Part shown: piece after piece, positions 1 through 12,190 of the stretch
How the letters are laid out: every line of letters starts with the position of its first letter
Numbering within the stretch: the stretch's first letter is position 1
Assembly: GCF_963853765.1 (NCBI RefSeq)
Contig: NC_088858.1
Location: 9,176,001 to 9,240,000 of the forward strand
DNA: 64,000 nucleotides
Origin: Magallana gigas
Lineage: Eukaryota
Direction: 5' to 3'
Notes under the pieces: model-generated
Seen by the model: the letters and a program-made list of their open reading frames with translations, nothing else
What the model was told of the DNA's origin: nothing
Databases searched by the model: none
Made by a program: the position numbers and the translations under genes

Positions 1-2065
1 CAAATATAGATTTTGTTTTATGAATTAAATTTGGTGATGAATTGAGAAAAAACATAAATAACTCCTTCAGGGTTGATGAATTTAAAAATAAACCACTTTA
101 TCACAATTTTTGTTGACATTTAGCGTTTCCTACTCTTTCCTAGGTGGACAAAATCACGAGTAATTTATTCGCGGTAAATTTTTTTTTCTAAACCATATTT
201 CTTTGATTGCAATTTTCCTAAATTTTGTTGTTTCTGAAACCAGTTCATAAAGTCTGAAGATTAAAAATCAAATACAATACAATAGAGTCGATTTAAGAAA
301 AGAATCATTGCACTTGCATATACTCTACGCGTAAGCTGGGGGGGGGGGGTTGTTTATAATGAGTATATGTAAAATACATAAATTGAAACAGAATCATTTA
401 TAACATTAAACAAAATTCAACAACTTACGATGAACGTTAATATGACATTCATCTCCCATTTCATAGTTCTTTAACAAATTAATTATATTAATTACACATA
501 CTTGTTGGTAAGTAAACTTATTTAACATTTACGATTATTTAGGCTGTCCCCTTCCCAACACAGACACGTTTATAATTTTGAGATTAAAAGGGAATAAAAA
601 TGTGTGTTTTTTTAAATAATGCAAAAATAAATTCAATGTAGAGCAATTTCAACAAGGAAATATTCGGGATAAAACAAAAAAAAAATGTAACGAAAAGTAC
701 TAAATTAGAATTCAACGTTTTGTGGTTTGGTCATGAACATCAAAATTATAATTGATCTTCTTTAGTTTTAAAATAAAATTTGGGAGTTTCTCAGAAAATA
801 TCAAAAGACCACATACATTGCCATTTAGATTTCGATTAATATTTTGACCTCTTTCGGGCAATAAATAGATGAAAGGTGAAGGTCATAGAGACTGGGAGAA
901 TGTCATTGGGAGAAGGTCATTGGGAGTAAATGAATATATACATTTTCGCACGTAATGTAGCGATGATAGAGCTTATATATACCGTACGATCCTACACAGT
1001 TTGGGTTAAAATAGAGATTGTTTCAAAGTCAGCTCTATTGGGGTCAAGTCTTCGGCATGTAGGGAGCGATAACGACGCTATCAGCTACGTGTCTGCCGGC
1101 GAACCCTGCCCCTGTTTGTGCTCGGTGTCTGCGTGACTCCTGTGCACACCGACTATTACATTGTATAAGTACGCAAAACATCACGTGCACGTTGACAGGC
1201 AGTCTCCCGTAAAATGTCTGATGAGTCTACAGTTGGGAGTTTTATGACAATGAAAACTATTTCATGAATATCCTCTTTCTCTTTATTCAGCATGAAGTTA
1301 ATAGGTGCCGTTATTGATTACTGAGATTTTTGTTTAATTCTTCGATTATAATTGCGAGTAAAGATCCAAATTACCATGCAATGCTAAATGTTGAGTAATT
1401 TAAGAACGATCATAAATGATAAAAAATGAAACGAATACATGGTATCACTATGGATAAACAAACGTATACATGTAAAACGTTAAATCACTTCACCTATTAC
1501 TCCATCCTTCATTGAAGAAATGGGTTGAATATAAATTTAAAAAAACCCCGATGTCTGAAATGCACAACAGCAAGGGAAAAGTATCTTTTTAAGTTCACAT
1601 CATATATCATATATAATAAAATAACAAATCTTCAACTAAAAACCATATTCAGTGTTCGCCAGAGACAAAAAAGCAACGACAATTATGATTGCAATTCTAT
1701 ACATGTACTTTCATTATCAGTTTTAACTTCCTATTTTACAAACAGCAGAAGGGAAAAAAATTTCGTTTTTGCAAAGATCATACAGGGTTTTTCTTTGTTA
1801 TGTTAAACAAGTTGATTTGATAAGGACTGGTTATTTGTTAACCAGATATTCACCTGTACAATTTAGTTAGGTGCAATTCAGGTGTAAAGCCTAGATGGAT
1901 AATTCTATTCAGAAAAGGATACTTTTACAAAATAGACGGCATTGCCTGCATGAGACCCTGGAGTTGCTGTATGTCCCCTGACCGCGGATTATGATGTTCA
2001 TGGATAACATGTGACCTAATTGGAATCTGATATTTCTAAAAATGTTCAACAAATTGTAAACAGTT

Positions 2066-2070
2066 ATGAG
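2066..2070 (+). CDS. trh: Putative first coding exon (ATG AG) of the trh/NPAS gene
   Basis: ATGAG|GTAAGC at 2066-2076 is a strong phase-2 donor. Joined to the acceptor at 15884 it gives [10 protein letters not shown]. There is an in-frame TAA at 2057-2059 and a purine at -3. The total CDS of 2748 nt is divisible by 3. It implies a 13.8-kb first intron; no transcript evidence. Confidence 0.5.
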
Positions 2071-5000
2071 GTAAGCCGAACGCGATGTAAAGCGGTAATC
2101 TCGAATCTTTGTATAAATGGTTTAAATTTCAATGCCGGTCGGCGTCATTGGTGTTTTCCGGTTTTGGTACTGTACAGCGAGTGTAGTTCAGTGCTTATAA
2201 CCCGACGACAACCAGCGCCAGATAGTTCATTGTTAACAAGGTAAGCACTTATATATATAAGACTTACTATATAACAGACGTGTCAGTGAAAGACTAACCG
2301 GCAGATCCATACACCGTTATTCTTTTAATATATCCAAATTCCAATACCAAGATGCTGCAAGAGATCATATGGTTTAATAATTTATGAAAATCGTAACTAA
2401 ATAAAAGGGCAAATGTAATGCAGCAGTAGCATCACCATCGTTTTTATAAATCAAAGATGATGATATCTTGAACTTGTAAGGAAATGGCTGCTTTAGCACT
2501 ACGAGGTTTCGCTATTAATGAGATCTTGAGGCGCCATACAGTGCATTATAGATGTGAACGTGTTGCGAAGGACTCGAGAGATCTTCATTGACTTGAAAGA
2601 TTTCCACGTGTTTTGTTTTCTGTTGGTTTTTTTTTCGGGGTGGCTTGCACTGTTCCGGTGGCTCGGGATCAATACACTGCACTATTTTGGAGAGCGTCAC
2701 TGGAACGCTTATCTGATTGCACTATTGACAATGATGGCCGTGATTATTGTCTGATTAAATCCACGTTGTTTTCTCTCTCTTCTCTTTTTTTCTGAAAAAA
2801 AAAATGAAGTACACATAGAAAGTCAGAAAGGTGCAGGACTATACTTAATCATTTTATTAAGTCGACATTTAAATGGATGTGCACTTTTTTTCGTTAACGT
2901 TAAGGAAGAATATTTTTTCTTTAAAAAAACCATACAACAAGCCATCCACCTGTTAAATACGGTGAAAATGTGAAATTCAAAAAGAATATGATTTCTTTAC
3001 AAAGCAGACGAAAACAAACAACTTGTGTGATGTCAAGCAATTTGTTAAAGCGAAAGCAAAAACAGTGGAAGGATCCTAAGATTTTAATATTTTGTAGGTC
3101 GTGTCACATTTCATCTGAAGATAGATGGTAGCGGCTCTTCGTGTTCTGTCATCTGCACGCAGCTGCAGTTCCACGCGAATTTGCCACATTCATTGTGATA
3201 AATGAAGATTTCATATTTCCAGAATTTATAGTTTTAAGAAAGTCGTTTTTTGCCCTGCATCACATTGTATTCCAGGCGCACTGAGTAATGCTAAAAAAGC
3301 AAATTGCCTTTTTTAGAAAATAACTGGTTTCTGGTTGTCTTTATCAGAAACAAGCGAAAGGAGTCTATCATTTTTATATAAAACTTAAAAATAATATTTC
3401 TTTTATTATTTTATTTTTGCAACTGTTTTAAACAAATTACAACCAGAGGTTGTTGAACTCGGTAGATCACATTGCAGAGTGTAGACAGATAGATGGAAGA
3501 AATAAATTAAAAAAAAACCTGGCATAAAATGGTAAGGTATTTGTTTTTTTTAAATCAATTTCAAGTCAACTTGGTCATAGCACTTTTTTTTTCAAACAGA
3601 TTATGTCGTTTGAATGATAACCCCCCCCCCCCCCCCCTCCCTCGAAGGTCTGAAAAAACTCCCCATTAAACTTGTTATCCCAATTACACAGGTATGATCA
3701 TTAATCATGCACTTACACTGTTACACATAGTCTCCATATATGATGGTTTTACTCTTTTTTGGTAAAGCTAGTTTAAGCAGAATGCTTTGTCTTGAATGAT
3801 TCTCACATGCTAGTATTTGTAAAGAATGAGAGTATTAAGCGTTGTTAAGATATATTGTAAACGAGGGGAATTTTATTTTTCAGTGGGAATTCTTGTAGCA
3901 TCAGAGATAAATACAAATAACGGGTCATTAAAAAGAAAATTAAACAACACAACGCAGCACATGATGCATTTTCTCCTGCAATATCTACAAACGTTATACC
4001 GAAACAGAGAACGCGTTTCATATTGTTAAAATATTCAATTCGACATTTTGTTTACCAAAGAGTCAGTAATATAATGTAATTCTGATTTATTTAAAATCAT
4101 ATATCTAGTTAGATATCGAGCTTCTGTTCTATAGATCTTGTTATCAACCCCCTATCCGCTGGCCCAGCCTTTAGGATCTTGAACGTACCTTAGGTTCCTC
4201 AAATTTAAAATATATTAGTTATATATCAGCGACGTGCCTATATACTCTCAGCAAACTAAAGATGCTCGGAAGGATGTTAAACAACACAAACACAAAATCT
4301 GCTAATTCGATTTGAAGAAAATACATTAACAGAATGAAAAGGATTTCCTGATTTCCTTACCATGAAACAAAATTCAAACACGAACAGTTCATCTAATCAA
4401 CAATAACGACGAATCGTAAAGTCAGGGAAATATTAGAAGAGTCGTGTTCTATTCCTTACTTTTTCATGTTTATCGTAAAAAAAATCCTTAACAAAGTAAT
4501 TTAGTGCATTGTAAGTACATGTTATTAATTAGAGCTATGGATGGCCCCTGTTTCCTTGAGTATTTAAAAAAAAATGAAATTTTAGGATTATTTTTAAAGC
4601 GCTAAGCATAGCTCAGCGCTTTATTGTCTTTATACTTCTACTTCCGGTGCATCAAATAATCGCCCCCTATGAGCAGAAATATGCATCGTTTAAATTGGTT
4701 AGGGAACCAGATTCAGGGGGCTATTGTGAATCTAATGCGAGGAGCTTACAGGGGCTTACGTACATCTTACGTACAGGGGCTGCCACGCAGTGATGAGAAA
4801 ATATAGTGCATAATATAGAAGCTAAAATGGTGAAAAATCAAATCTATTCTTTTTAACTAAGATTGCACAAAGTAGATTTTCTTTAGAACTAAGTCTAGGT
4901 TAGCGCTTTTAGTACTATCAGTACTTTGATTGAGTGTATATCCTGGGAATTGGGGAGGGTTCCTGCTTTCGTCATCTATACGTCATCGTCTGACCCACGA

Positions 5001-6015
5001 CCCGGAGTCCGCATAGCTCTCTCATACATGGGACAGGATCGTACATTATTGGCCGTTGTTTCCAACAAAAATAACCACGAGGATATCGTTCTGTTAAAAC
5101 AGGGTGATGTTAATAATCTTCTAGAGATAGAAAAATAAAGTTTAATTTCTATAATAACGGCCGATATTACACAGAGAAATAAAAAAAGTTAAAATCGTAT
5201 ATAATAACAGCCGATATTACATATCACGAGCTGTGATGTACATGACTGTAAACCTTGCGTGTGACATGTGGAAGTATGGAAACACCTGGTTCCAGCTTCT
5301 AAATGAAACTTAATCGTACAGGACTGAAATCCAAATCATCCACTATAGATTATGTACACCGCATGGCGAATAGATATCAAATGACAATACCAAAGACATA
5401 TCTTGGAATAATAAATTGAAGCGTTCAGAATAATTTCTATGTTGGTTATGACGTGTAGCTGCAGGGATGTGTGATTTACTAGTTTAAGGGATGCGTGATT
5501 TACTAGCTGTAGCCGAAGTGATATATGACAGATAAAAATTGGGTCAGTCAGCGATCTGCGACAATAAATAACAAATTGGAAGCCCAAATAATGTATTGCG
5601 AGTTTAGTTAACCCGAATTCCAATACACACAATGACAGTTTGTGTCCTCTTGTATAAATATCACTGTTAAATAAAACAGTTTCGTCTATAAATTTTATAA
5701 TTGCGAACCCTATCTACATCAATACACCATATATCATAATCCTTCTGCGTATCAAGAGCTCTCATTTGGCTAATGAAAATTCATTTGTCATGATGAACGC
5801 AATGAGCATATCTGAAAAAGAAAAATACTCGGACATCTTTTTATACCAAGTTTTTCGTTTACCAAAGTTTGTTTTCTGATAGCGATAATGTTGTAGTTTC
5901 TGTAGATTTAAAAAATTCCCTACAAACTACATATGTAAACATGTTCTAGCATTACACATTATTCCTTCAAATAAATATTTGTAAATTATATATGCAAATT
6001 TTAATATCGATTCAA

Positions 6016-6795
6016 AACAAAATGCCCATATGTCATTTTGCTCACATGAATGGCAACTTTTAAAAACCCGTATGAATATTTTCTGAACTCGGATTCGTGG
6101 AGATTGTCATCACACTTGTAAAATATATTTGGATTTAGTTATATCTCATATCAAAATATCAAGAAAATGACTTTGTAAAAGTTTTCTATACATCTTCCTC
6201 TGTTTAACCTATCATCCATCTTGGTGCATCATAGTTGCTTAGGGGATCAAATTCTTTTAAAAAAAATATTTATATATACACATATCTTTATCAAAACGCT
6301 TTCATCAAAATTTTTAAAAAATTAAGTCATAGTATTATTCAGAAATTCGCGTCCATCCAGGGACCTGCTTTTAGTTGAGTATTCATAGCTACACAACCTT
6401 GAATTTACATTATATTAAAAGACCTTCGTGTAAATATTCGCGATTCTCGCTCAGTGGTTCTTATGAGGTTTTTCAAAGATACCACCAGATTTCCGGTCTC
6501 TTTTTTAATCTTAAAAAGGGCTAGACCTTTTAATTTTTCTTCACATAAGGTTATTTGTATCAACTACGGCTGTGAATGACCTCTTGGTGGTAGAGAAAAA
6601 TGACGTATTGTATATATTGAATTTACTGACAACTTGTCATATGATGAGTTTTGTATTTACAACCACCCAGAAAATTCAAAATTTACAATATGACAGAAAA
6701 AACCAAAAATTCGATCAGTTTACAGACAGACAGGCATACGCCGGTACGAGTAATAATGACAAGATCGCGTGAACGTTTTGCTCAGGTGAGCTAAA
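6016..6795 (-). mobile_element. Degenerate Helentron-type HINE remnant
   Basis: The minus strand begins TTTAGCTCACCTGAGC, followed by (CTGT)n. The far end on plus (AACAAAATGCCCATATG...GCTCACATGA) is a decayed complementary sub-terminal repeat. The interior is heavily diverged. Confidence 0.5.
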
Positions 6796-9700
6796 TCGTT
6801 GGTTCATAGTGCACGCAATATTCAGAGAGAACACAATCGAAAATCAGATACTCTGTATTGTCCGATTTGAAGTTTATGCGTTATCTCCTCTTAATTTGGA
6901 TGTAAAATGTGTACAAGTCAATGACCTTTTTATCTTGCAAGGGGATATTGTTTTCATATAAGTACTCGCTAGCTCTCTGCAAAGAAAAAAAATACGTCTA
7001 CTTGGATTTAAGTCTTTGCTTGCTTGATGGTTTAATATCCCTAATTATGGTCCCAATAAGTTTTTTTCTTAAAATTAGAAGTGTGTTTTGAATTTTTGGA
7101 ATGTTGATTTTGCTTTAGAGAGTGTACAGTACTTCAGTTATATTGTACAAGTACTTATCTTTTGTCACGTAAACACTTTGAATCGGTTCATGCCTTCTTT
7201 GGGTGTCTTTAAGATTTATACCAAGCACTCTTGAGGGAATACACATAAAAAGTATTGACAACTTTTTTGGCTTAAGTATGACTTTCATTTTGTATTTATG
7301 ACAAATTTGAGACAATGTCAAAACAACACCTTGGCACGTGAAGGTTCCCGCTATTGCTGATGAATGAGCTATAATTTGGTATTCAGCGAGTAGGCGGCAC
7401 CGGAATCTGTATGTAAGGCGCTCGTTCATATATGTAAACGATAAAGTATAGCAGAACATATAGAGCAAAGAACGCGCACAAAGTCCTTTAATTTTATTCA
7501 TTAATGTTTTTTAAAATTCGATTTGTTATTGTGCTGGAAGTTCGATATTTTTGAATGATAACGGCGTAAAAAGTCACAGTTCTGTTAACTCATTGGAATG
7601 CCAGGAGTCAAAAGCATGGTGACATTTTTATTATGGATGCGTGAATAATACATTCTCAATTAGATTCACTTAACCTCAGAGGAGTAGTAAGAGTTAAAGA
7701 AGAGACAAAAATATTTGTATTTTTTTCCATTCCATATTTCATGTAAATGCGCTTGTCAACCTGAACACCCCCAATACACACAAATGATTTTTTGGGGGAA
7801 TTAGAAATAGCATGTTAATCTAAACAACACTAAAGGCTTGTAAAGCTGTTAATGAAATGCGTAGCATCTCGGGGTTTGATTGATCGACATATCACCGAAC
7901 CTGAAGTGTAACTCCTGCACGTGATTCCACGGGATCATGTATTTATTCCAAATAATCATTTCGATTGTCAATTTGTTTTGAGAAAATACACTTTTCCCGT
8001 AAGTATGATACTACACACGATGTTCCGACTGAACCCATTTTAAGAAACTAAAGTTTATCATTTATATCTTTGATGTGTCATTTCTTCGTACTGTAAAGTG
8101 ACGCCAAGTAGACAGTCATGCTACGTACACCCAAAAAACTAAACAGTACCTCCAGACAGATTGTTTTTAAAATGCCTTACTACGTACATTTTTTCATAAA
8201 ACTGTCTAATGAAGTAGGGGTAAAGGGAAGCGGGATCTAATGGTTAGCTTTTCCTAAGAAACTGAGACTTTAGACTGACTTCTTATGTGGCGATTCGCCT
8301 TCTCTCGCTTTGTTTGCAAGATACAGACAATGCCATTTCCGCCAAGATGACCAAACTTGGAACAAAACATACTTAAGAATCCATTCAATTTTTAAGTTAA
8401 TCGATAAAAAGTCAAGGTCATCGTAGAAAGTTGACTGGCTTTAAAATTTTGAAGCAAGATACTAAGAGAAAACATCCTTTGATTTAGGATAATCATACAT
8501 GTACTTGATTTATATACACAAACAGATTGCTTATACCTAAAGAGGAGCCGTACACAAGACCTTTCGAGAGAATATTTGGTCTTTACGTAGCTTTTCCTAA
8601 ATCTCCCCTGAAATAACCTTTAAAAAGCCTTTGGTTAAAATAGATGTATGTTTAAGGAACCGTGTGTGAAGTACTGAATAGCCACAAATAGCATCGCATT
8701 GAAAATTATGAAAGAAAGAAGAAATGTTAACTATTATTCAGAAAAAAAATAAATTGCTTTAAACCACTTGTGTTCTGCAAAATCTGCATCGCTCTGAAAT
8801 TGCGTTTTAACACACATCATTTCATCTCCCATTTCTCCAAGTAAATATATGCCCCTTTGATAATAACTAATTACATCATTAAAAAGAGAATAATGCAAAT
8901 TGAAAAATTAAAGTACATTCAAAATACAGTAATACAGTAATTAAAACCAAACTAAGAAGTCAATTGCAACAATTTTAATTGAATCTAAGAGTTGACATAA
9001 CTATTGCAGAAAAGTTCCGTCATCCAGCTTAATAAAGGAATCGAATTGTGTATCGGTTTTCATAAAATCTTTGACAAGGGATAGTGCCTTGGATGTGCCC
9101 TGGAAGGCACAGGCAGTTCGCCAAAGACTTCCTGGTGGAGTTAATATTTAGTCTGGGGAATGTCAGTTCTGTTAAAACACCAGACGAGTTTGATGATTTT
9201 ATTCTGGAATCATTAAAATGCAAAATATTGGATTGATCACTTTCACATCAATCAAATACTCTGCAGTACTTTCTACAAGCTGCACCTGTTTAAGTCAGTA
9301 AATCTATTCACCTTTAATCTATTCTGGGGGTTCGAATTCTCACAAATTATTTTTTTTCATTATTTTAGAAAGTGAACCCGTTAACAGCCAATCGCAATAA
9401 TTTTGACAAACGGTCGCTATTAATAACCCAAATTTAAATATGCATAAAGATGGCAAGGTAATCATTAGAGTGTTATAGTTGATTTAGTTCTGACAATCTG
9501 AAAGCGGCTACCTGCCTGGGTCCATCGATGATAGTACAGGAGGGAAGCCGGTTAGCGATGGAGGGAGCAGTGATTTTCTCCAACTGTTTTCAGTACTCTG
9601 ACGTGGATTACGAGGCTTTTGGGAGGTACAGTTAGAATTCAGCGGCAAACGAAATCCATCTGTCATAAAAAAATTATCAAATCTATATATCTATCATGTT

Positions 9701-11779
9701 ATCATGGGAGGTTTTACACAACAAATTATTTCCAAATAATTTTCTTTCTTTCACCATTGGTTTTTATCGTATTTATCTTTGAAAGAAAATATTTGAAATG
9801 CTTTAACTATGCAGTGATGAATAAGTTGTTTATGCTTTCATCTGGAGTTTATCAGTTTGAAGAAATGCACCAGTGAATTAGAACTTCGATAAACTTTAAG
9901 CTTATACAGTTGCACATGCTGATTAATGTGTGGTTTTTGTTCACTGATAGAACAGACAAGCCCATGCAGCTTCTGTCGAAGGCTTGTGACAATTATGACT
10001 ATACGACTATTAATAGGGGGAAAACTTAAAATTATTTTAGACTCAAATTTTACTCTTCAATGTCAATACAACAATTAACTGTCGTATCATATCAAAATCA
10101 TATTGTCTTAATTAAGAATGGTAAACATTAGTAAAATGATGAAGCATCCATTGGATAAAGCCCTTATAAACAAACTTTAATTATACCTTGTCATCTGATT
10201 GTATATTTAGTATTTGTTTATTATTTTATTCACAAATGGTGTGCTTGTCTTTGGTGTGGTTTCTAGCTATCTCTGAACACAAAACCAATGTGTCAATCTC
10301 TTAAAGAAAACCATTTGTTTGCTTTTTTTTCAAAATTAATGATTTAGCAATTCTACAAATTACCTTTGCTGAATTTTCAGCAAGAGACTTATTTTTTAAT
10401 TAAGTATTTTTCACATTAAAAAAAATAAAACTAATTCCCTCAGTCAAAATAAACTTAACTGTATATGAAACAGGGTTTCTACCTATATTACAAACTCACT
10501 GTTATATGGTTATAAAAAAAAAAGGATGATGGAGTTAAATGAGATGGATGACATCCTTAGGCTTGCTTTTTTCCAATTCATCATCATTTCTACTCCCCAT
10601 AAATTTGTATAAACAAGACACTAAATTACAAAACTCTATAGTAAAGATAAATTAAGTAGTACAGAGGAGATGTAAATTGTATATTCAGAAATCAAGTTTC
10701 TTATATAGAGCAATTTAAAAAAATATATAAATTTATATTTAGAAGTGAAACGTTTAATCTTTTAAAAAGTAGTACAGAAGAAAAAATTGTATATTCAGAA
10801 GTGAAGTTTCCTTGTAAAGTGGTACAGAAGAAATATACATTGTATATTCCGAAAATAATTGTTTAAATGTCAAAGTTAATATTTTTCATCTTTAACATTT
10901 TTATAATTTTGATATTGTTTATACACAATCTAGGTTTTTTTGGCAGATATAAGGAAGGAAACTTTTGTGGTGAGAGATTTAGGCATCTGTATTCATCAAT
11001 TTATTTTTTTTAAAATACTTCCATTAGCAATCAAATAGATTTGAAAGACTTTATTGTGAAAAAAATTAACATTTACACTTTTAAGAATGATTTTATCATT
11101 TTATCAAACTTGTTAAAAAAATTCAATGTAAATTAATTGTTCAAACATGAGAACATTTGTAAAATGCAGCAAAAATACTGGATATATTAAATAATCCCCC
11201 AAATTAAACCTATCCCCTTGTTAGAGAAACTTGTGTCGAAGCCCCCTGCATTCTCTAGAGGACAATCAAAATTAAATGTTGTGACAACTGCTACATTTTC
11301 CAAGCAGTGATAGTAACACATAAATGAAGGCAACTACAAATGATGGCCATTGTGTAACACTGTTCTTCAGCAGTGGGTCTCTAATGAGATTTGGTGTCAT
11401 TTATTAGTTCTTACAAATTGTTTCTCTGCAGTTTGTCTCTTAATTCACTGGTATGACATGAAGGACTTGGACAGGTGAACAAGACTTAATGCAGGCCTGA
11501 CAAGTGTCCCACTAGATTGACTAATCTACTGTATATAAATTATACTTCTATAATTTTTATAAACCTTCTACTTAATATAACATATTCCAACCTAGTATCT
11601 TAAAATTACATTTTCTTTATAATAAATCAAACATATATCAGAAAAACACTGCTCCTTTCCATGGGCTAAAAGTTAGTTGCTGGTGTGTTTGCAATGAACA
11701 AATGGTATGCATTTAACCACAATTTTCTTTTCATTTACCGGTAACTGAACCAGAAATAATTTTAATTATGATAAATTGA

Positions 11780-12190
11780 TTCATTTCATTTCATTTCATT
11801 TTATTTATTCTCATATTGTATAAAACAACATAGAGAAAATATACAATACATACAATATTATACATAAAGGAAGAGTGTATATACTGTACACATCGACCTG
11901 GAGAGTTGACTCTCTTATTTTTAATATTGATAAATTTACATAAGTTATTAATAACAGCTAATTTGTTACATGCAAATAATTCAAAATTTTTTAAAGCATT
12001 TGGTCGTCTAAAATACATTGGTGGTAAATAAGCTTTTCTATATTCTTTCAATTCTGGACATATTATAATATAATGATATTCGTCGCCAATGTTATTTTTA
12101 CATATTCAATTACAAAATCGTTGATTTCTAGGTACATTGTTCCAACTGCCTGTCTCAATTGGCAGTTTATGATTGCTTGTTCTAAATCTA
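11780..12190 (-). mobile_element. 5'-truncated LINE (CR1/L2-group-like) 3' end: degenerate ORF2 C-terminus plus (TGAAA)n tail
   Basis: The minus strand translates FRTSNHKLPIETGSWNNVPRNQRFCN*ICKNNIGDEYHY, then after a frameshift IICPELKEYRKAYLPPMYFRRPNALK..F...NNLCKFI. This is the typical non-LTR ORF2 C-terminal Cys/His motif. (CATTT)n at 11780-11800. Confidence 0.8.

Noticed and set aside
870-926. AGGTCA-like nuclear-receptor half-sites in a 14-bp tandem (TGGGAGAA.GTCAT)
   Set aside because: Explained by a short local duplication; the spacing does not match a common response element and there is no other support.
4593-4625. Hairpin AAAGCGCT.AGC-ATA-GCT.AGCGCTTT
   Set aside because: Resembles an isolated HINE 5' end, but no matching 3' module was found, so it cannot be called an element or regulatory site.
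11791-12051. 86-aa ORF as a host gene
   Set aside because: Decayed LINE ORF2 C-terminus with a stop and frameshift just upstream and a microsatellite tail.
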